The translations under genes and the position numbers were made by a program. From an archaeon (lineage in GTDB: Archaea; Nanobdellota; Nanobdellia; Pacearchaeales; GW2011-AR1): a stretch of 52,089 nucleotides of DNA. Location of the stretch: assembly GCA_043797265.1 (NCBI GenBank), contig JAZDPV010000001.1, positions 1-52,089 on the forward strand. Reading direction: 5' to 3'. The notes under the pieces were generated by a model. It worked only from the letters and a program-made list of their open reading frames with translations, made no database searches and was not told where the DNA came from. Positions 47,570 through 52,089 of this stretch are shown here, piece by piece. Each line of letters opens with the position of its first letter. Positions within the stretch are counted from its first letter, which is position 1.

Positions 47570-47606
47570 CGATAAATATCTCAAAGTCAGTCGGCATAAT
47601 AAACTA

Positions 47607-49058
47607 TTATTGAGATAGTGACTGATTAAGATTCTTTATTCCCTCAATAATCTCTTTCTCCAGTTTTTCAATTTTCCCCATAATCTTTTCAGGCTTCTCA
47701 TAAACAACTTCCTCATACTCAATCTCCTTATACTTCGAAATAGACAAATCATAATCATTCCCAATAATCTCTTCAACCGGAACAAAAAAATGTTTAGCCT
47801 TCCTGTCTTCATTATCTTCTTTCTTTCTTTTCTCAAACCTCTCTAAAATATCCGGGATATCATTCTTATTAGGAGTCTCCGTCCTCTTATCATCCAACGA
47901 AAACCCATCCGCCTCCATATCATAAAACCAAACTTTCTTGGTCGGCTCCCCTCGTGTAAAAAATAAAACCGCAGTAGAAACACCCGCATACGGCTTAAAC
48001 ACCCCAGACGGCATCGAAACAATCGCATCAAGCCTACAATCTTCTAACAACATTTTTCTAATCGCCCTATGCGCCTTCGAACCTCCAAATAAAACTCCAT
48101 CCGGAACAATCACCGCACACCGCCCCCCATTCGTCAAAGAATTATACATCAATTCCAAAAACAACAACTCCGTCTTCTTTGTCTTAACCGTAAACTCATC
48201 ACTCATCTCCGACTCATCAATCGAACCCTTAAACGGCGGATTCGCCAAAATCAAATCATAAGTATTATCCTTATACCTTTTCGAAAGCGTATTCAACTGC
48301 TCAATATTCGGCTTCTTAATTCCATGCATCATCATGTTCATCAAAGAGATTCTCGTCAAAACCGGATCAATATCAAAACCATAAAGATTATCCTCGTCCA
48401 AAATCTGCTTCTGCTTTGCGCTCAACGTACTAACCCCATCCTTTTTATTCGAATCCAAAATATACTCATAAGTATTAACCAAAAATCCCGCAGTCCCACA
48501 AGCCGGGTCAAGAATCAAATCATCATACTTCGGCTTCGCTAATCCAATCATCATCTGAATAATATGTCTCGGCGTCCTAAACTGTCCATTCTTCCCAGCT
48601 GTCTGCAATTCACTCAAAAGATATTCATACATATCTCCCTGTGCATCCTGATTCTGCTCTTTAATATGCATATCATTAATTATCTTAACCGCCTCAATCA
48701 ACAACGACGCATTAGGAATCTCAAAGTTCGCACTCTTCATATATTTCGAAAAAGAATCCCCGTCCCCAAGCGTCCTCATAAAAAGAAAAACCTTATCCCT
48801 AACATGTTCAAGAATCTTATCTGCCCCATACTCACTCCAAACACTCCAACGACAATCCACATGTCCATGAAACACTGAAGTATATTTTTCTCCCGTAAGC
48901 ACCGCCTCCTGCTCTCTTTGAGTATCCATGTCCTCAAACCTCTTCATAAAAATCAAATAAGATATCTGCTCAATCGCTTGTAACGGGTTAGAGATCCCTC
49001 CAGACCAAAACTTATCCCAAAGCCTTCTTATTTTTGATTTTAATATTGGGTCTAGCAT
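47607..49058 (-). CDS. hsdM: Type I R-M methyltransferase subunit
   Basis: LWDKFWSGG, GQFRTPRHII, DPACGTAGFL, ANPPF, VPDGVLFG. Confidence 0.96.
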   Translation of the reverse strand: MLDPILKSKIRRLWDKFWSGGISNPLQAIEQISYLIFMKRFEDMDTQREQEAVLTGEKYTSVFHGHVDCRWSVWSEYGADKILEHVRDKVFLFMRTLGDGDSFSKYMKSANFEIPNASLLIEAVKIINDMHIKEQNQDAQGDMYEYLLSELQTAGKNGQFRTPRHIIQMMIGLAKPKYDDLILDPACGTAGFLVNTYEYILDSNKKDGVSTLSAKQKQILDEDNLYGFDIDPVLTRISLMNMMMHGIKKPNIEQLNTLSKRYKDNTYDLILANPPFKGSIDESEMSDEFTVKTKKTELLFLELMYNSLTNGGRCAVIVPDGVLFGGSKAHRAIRKMLLEDCRLDAIVSMPSGVFKPYAGVSTAVLFFTRGEPTKKVWFYDMEADGFSLDDKRTETPNKNDIPDILERFEKRKKEDNEDRKAKHFFVPVEEIIGNDYDLSISKYKEIEYEEVVYEKPEKIMGKIEKLEKEIIEGIKNLNQSLSQ

Positions 49059-49059
49059 T

Positions 49060-49662
49060 TTATTTTTTAGACTTCCTCCTTTTTTTAGGTTTGGGTTTCT
49101 TACTTTTAAAATAATAATTTATTATTTGATCTATAAAAAAAACACTAATCGATATTAGTATCGCCAATAAAGAATATCTATTGGCTCTCATTGCAATTTT
49201 TTCAACATTTTTAGTTTTCTGAAGAAGAAATTCCTCAGTTGACATAACGACCTCATAATTATCTTTCTGAGTAAAGTTCCCCTCATTAATTACATTTCCA
49301 TAAATACTAATTAATTTAATTTCTCTAGATTCTTTATTATCTATTGAGGTATCTAAGGGAAAGACAATAGTTTCATTACCCCTGTATTCATAATCAACAT
49401 TAATCCCATCTATTTGAATCGATTTTATTTTTGTTTCATTAGTTATTTCTAATTTTAATATAGCTTCTTCATTAGCCTTATAAGTTTTTTCAAATTCTGA
49501 AAGTATATTCGAACTTGAATTAGGAAATTCAATTATTACATATCCAGCCATTCTCATTTGTATGTTGCCTATCCCAAAATAAAACATAAAAGTAGCAGTT
49601 ACAATAACTAAAATAATCACAATCATAATAGAAAAAACCTCCAGATCTCCATCTGTTTTCAT
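49060..49662 (-). CDS. Hypothetical protein with N- and C-terminal TM helices
   Basis: 200-aa AT-rich ORF between hsdS and hsdM. Confidence 0.75.
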   Translation of the reverse strand: MKTDGDLEVFSIMIVIILVIVTATFMFYFGIGNIQMRMAGYVIIEFPNSSSNILSEFEKTYKANEEAILKLEITNETKIKSIQIDGINVDYEYRGNETIVFPLDTSIDNKESREIKLISIYGNVINEGNFTQKDNYEVVMSTEEFLLQKTKNVEKIAMRANRYSLLAILISISVFFIDQIINYYFKSKKPKPKKRRKSKK

Positions 49663-50822
49663 AATATCTCCCCCCGAAAAGCCTTCTGCATCAACACCCC
49701 AAACAAATCACCAATCTCCTTCCCCGATTTCCCCTGAGCTTCCTTAATCCTCTCAACCCTCTCAACAATAGAAGCAAACTTTTTCTGAAGAGCAATAGGC
49801 GGAAGAGGAATTTTTATTTTTTTCATTACTCCTTGGTTTAACTTTCCCCTTGTTGTTCCAGAGATATATCTGTTCAAATCAGTTAAATTAAACCAATACA
49901 TAAGAAATTGGATATTTACCAACTCTTTCTTCACTCGTAAAGCATGGGCATGATTATTTACCCAAGACTTTCCGTTAATAATATAAGAACATTTTTGTTT
50001 ATACCCCCAGCTTCCTCCGTCTTCGGCTAAAAGCAAGAGCCTTTCGTTAAAAATAAAATCTGCAACGGAGTCTTGCTGCCCATTTGCGCCATAATAAGGA
50101 ATCCCCCCCTTTTTTCTATCTGACTCGGTTATTGGAATTCTTTGACTATCTAAACATTCGATTATCTTTCCCAGCTCAACCTCCCCAAGCTCCTTCCCCA
50201 AAAACATCTCATTAAAAACACTCTTTAAATAATCATCCATCAACCCATCAGCCTCCTCCCGCCGCCGCTTCAACCCTTCCGCCCGCTCCAAAACCTCAAC
50301 TATCTTCTTCTGAGTAGATAATGGCGGAAGAGAGATTTTTATTTTTTTTAATGGAGTTAAATTAATACTACTTCTAGTTGATCCTCCCGCAAATGCTAAA
50401 ATCTGCCCCTGACCTCTTTCTGTTGATAGATATATTTTTAAAAATTCAGGGTCCATATCATTTTTATCAACCGAAATCTTTGCACAACTTGAAGCAATTA
50501 ATCCTTTTTTTATAGATTTAGGCAATAAACAAACTTTTCCTATTGTTGCGCCAGTTTTTGCAAGAATTATATCCTCTGGATAAACCGCGCTACGAATAAT
50601 CTCACTAAATTTACTTTCAGTTATATAAACCAAATCGGAGCCATTAAATTTATGATCTTTAGTTATATTTTTTATTCTAATAACAGGAATGCCCTCGCTA
50701 ACATATTCAGAAGCATGAAGCTGTGTCCCAAAAGGTCCATCTACTACAGCGAACTTTTTATCTTCTAAAATATTTCCCATCTCAACCTCTTTCCACCCAG
50801 TAGGCAACTGTTTAACTTCCAT
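49659..50822 (-). CDS. hsdS: Type I R-M specificity subunit
   Basis: LPTGW; two TRDs each followed by I(S/P)LPP...QKK; ends LMQKAFRGE. Confidence 0.95.
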   Translation of the reverse strand: MEVKQLPTGWKEVEMGNILEDKKFAVVDGPFGTQLHASEYVSEGIPVIRIKNITKDHKFNGSDLVYITESKFSEIIRSAVYPEDIILAKTGATIGKVCLLPKSIKKGLIASSCAKISVDKNDMDPEFLKIYLSTERGQGQILAFAGGSTRSSINLTPLKKIKISLPPLSTQKKIVEVLERAEGLKRRREEADGLMDDYLKSVFNEMFLGKELGEVELGKIIECLDSQRIPITESDRKKGGIPYYGANGQQDSVADFIFNERLLLLAEDGGSWGYKQKCSYIINGKSWVNNHAHALRVKKELVNIQFLMYWFNLTDLNRYISGTTRGKLNQGVMKKIKIPLPPIALQKKFASIVERVERIKEAQGKSGKEIGDLFGVLMQKAFRGEIL

Positions 50823-51624
50823 TCCCATCCCCCTGCTTAGCAATAATATAATTTATTAAAGCCGAAGATAAAATTAAAATCAATCTAGCTTCTTCTTCAT
50901 TAGGATTATAGCCCTGCCCATCACTTCCATGCCTTATCCCACCATCATCACTTGTCCATCCATAAAGTTTCCCAATTGCGTCCTTGAGTGATTGATGAAT
51001 ATTAAACTTTTTTATTAACTCTCCCAAAGTACCCTTTTGACTCAAAACAATCTTCACAAGAGACTCAAGGGAACTAATAGATTCTTTTATAGAATTTTCA
51101 TAGTCGGGCTTTTTTCGATTAGATAAAAATTTAAGTGCTTTGTCTAAATGTGTTTGAACAGGATTAAATTTGTCTTCTTGGTCAAATACTTTTTCTATTT
51201 CCCTTATTTCCTCTTCGGAGATTATTTCTACAACTTGATTATTTACTATTCTGTATGCCGAATTTTCTTCCTTTAGTATTCGATTAAATTTCTCTGTTAA
51301 AGATTGTTGACTAAATTCTTTAATCGTCTTTTCTATCAAATCAAAAATCTCGTACCATTCTAACCCACTATATTCATTATCTACTTCTCTTATTAGGGAA
51401 TAGCTAGCGATTTTTCTAAAATCTGAAATACCCCTCTTAAAAATAGAGTCCCAACAATTTTCCAAAAAATTAGATACATTACGATCGCTTAGTGGATATT
51501 CTACTTTTGATATAATTTCGTCATAAAAAACATTCCAAAGACGCACCTTTAAAGAATCGCTAATAAAACCTCTCTGTAATTCCTTACTCAAATCTGAATA
51601 CTCATATCTCTCTGAAAATTTCAT
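50812..51624 (-). CDS. AbiJ N-terminal domain 4-like protein (putative defence gene)
   Basis: MKFSERY...LKVRLWN...WYEIFDLIE; C-terminal NSIKESISSLE...GGIRHG (HEPN-like). Confidence 0.75.
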   Translation of the reverse strand: MKFSERYEYSDLSKELQRGFISDSLKVRLWNVFYDEIISKVEYPLSDRNVSNFLENCWDSIFKRGISDFRKIASYSLIREVDNEYSGLEWYEIFDLIEKTIKEFSQQSLTEKFNRILKEENSAYRIVNNQVVEIISEEEIREIEKVFDQEDKFNPVQTHLDKALKFLSNRKKPDYENSIKESISSLESLVKIVLSQKGTLGELIKKFNIHQSLKDAIGKLYGWTSDDGGIRHGSDGQGYNPNEEEARLILILSSALINYIIAKQGDGNGS

Positions 51625-51812
51625 CTCCCCCTACCTCCCGCCCCAAGAAACATCAACACGATCATCAAATAAATCAACCCACCCAACAGAATACCAAAAC
51701 TAAAACCAAACGCACCAACAAAACTTTTCATAATATCAGAAAAAGCATCAGTACCTGCCAGAATCAAAATAATAAATGCTCCAAAAATCAGAGCAATAAT
51801 CTCATTCACCAT
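51621..51812 (-). CDS. Small two-TM membrane protein
   Basis: 63-aa hydrophobic ORF coupled to the AbiJ-like gene. Confidence 0.65.
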   Translation of the reverse strand: MVNEIIALIFGAFIILILAGTDAFSDIMKSFVGAFGFSFGILLGGLIYLMIVLMFLGAGGRGR

Positions 51813-51981
51813 CCTCAGCCCCTAGATTAAACTCTTTCCTAATTATCTCTCTAAGCTTTGCATTCACAGACTTACTTTCTTGCTCACAAAGTTTTTTCAA
51901 ATAAAGAAATTCACTTCGATATAACCTCGTCGAAACAATCTTTCTTTCCTCCCCACTGAGAGGGTGATTTTTCAATACCAT
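51802..51981 (-). CDS. Small RHH-like regulator (59 aa, below ORF-track cutoff)
   Basis: Manual translation MVLKNHPLSGEERKIVSTRLYRSEFLYLKKLCEQESKSVNAKLREII... Confidence 0.55.
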   Translation of the reverse strand: MVLKNHPLSGEERKIVSTRLYRSEFLYLKKLCEQESKSVNAKLREIIRKEFNLGAEDGE

Positions 51982-52089
51982 AAGAATCAGAAGCTCTACG
52001 GGTATTTAAAGATTTATGTTTTATACTAATCATGTATACACCTTTTTCTTAAAAATATCCAAATATTCCCATACAAAGTTTTATATATT

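Larger units (their letters stand above)
39781..47600. mobile_element. ICE-like genomic island at tRNA-Glu(TTC); right boundary uncertain
   Basis: Integrase next to the tRNA 3' end, MTases, T4SS-like genes, loss of backbone C>G skew; no attR copy seen. Confidence 0.75.

Noticed and set aside
47570-52089. attR copy of the tRNA-Glu 3' end closing the island
   Set aside because: No match to CCCGGCGTGAGCA seen by eye downstream of the integrase within the window

Overview
Archaeal chromosome segment, most consistent with a DPANN archaeon of the Pacearchaeota/Woesearchaeota type (TFE, Rpo7-Spt4-eS24-eS31 operon, archaeal PheRS, Rpp30, ScpA, short AlaRS, BHB tRNA intron); the taxonomy is inferred, not searched. 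The backbone carries alaS, leuS, pheS/pheT, hisS, pyrH, five tRNAs plus one disrupted tRNA copy, and a 1749-aa surface protein, and shows a strong C>G skew on the + strand regardless of gene direction. Three layers of mobile DNA sit on it. (1) An integron-like locus (25950-28611): a tyrosine recombinase lacking the IntI-specific insert, an attI-like palindrome, and one 1.7-kb three-gene cassette bounded by GTTAGCC...GGCTAAC with long inverted arms and an attC-like hairpin. (2) A recurring pattern in which small NYN or RelBE cassettes, or their scars, sit at housekeeping-gene termini, flanked by 24-48 bp duplicates of the terminus that differ mostly at synonymous sites. (3) An ICE-like island at tRNA-Glu(TTC) with integrase, two methyltransferases and a minimal T4SS whose VirB4 is fused to a nuclease-like domain, followed by type I hsdM/hsdS without hsdR. 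Also notable are a 134-nt structured intron in tRNA-Glu(CTC) and short repeats inserted in frame in aminoacyl-tRNA synthetases. All calls come from motif recognition by eye; no database searches or folding programs were run.
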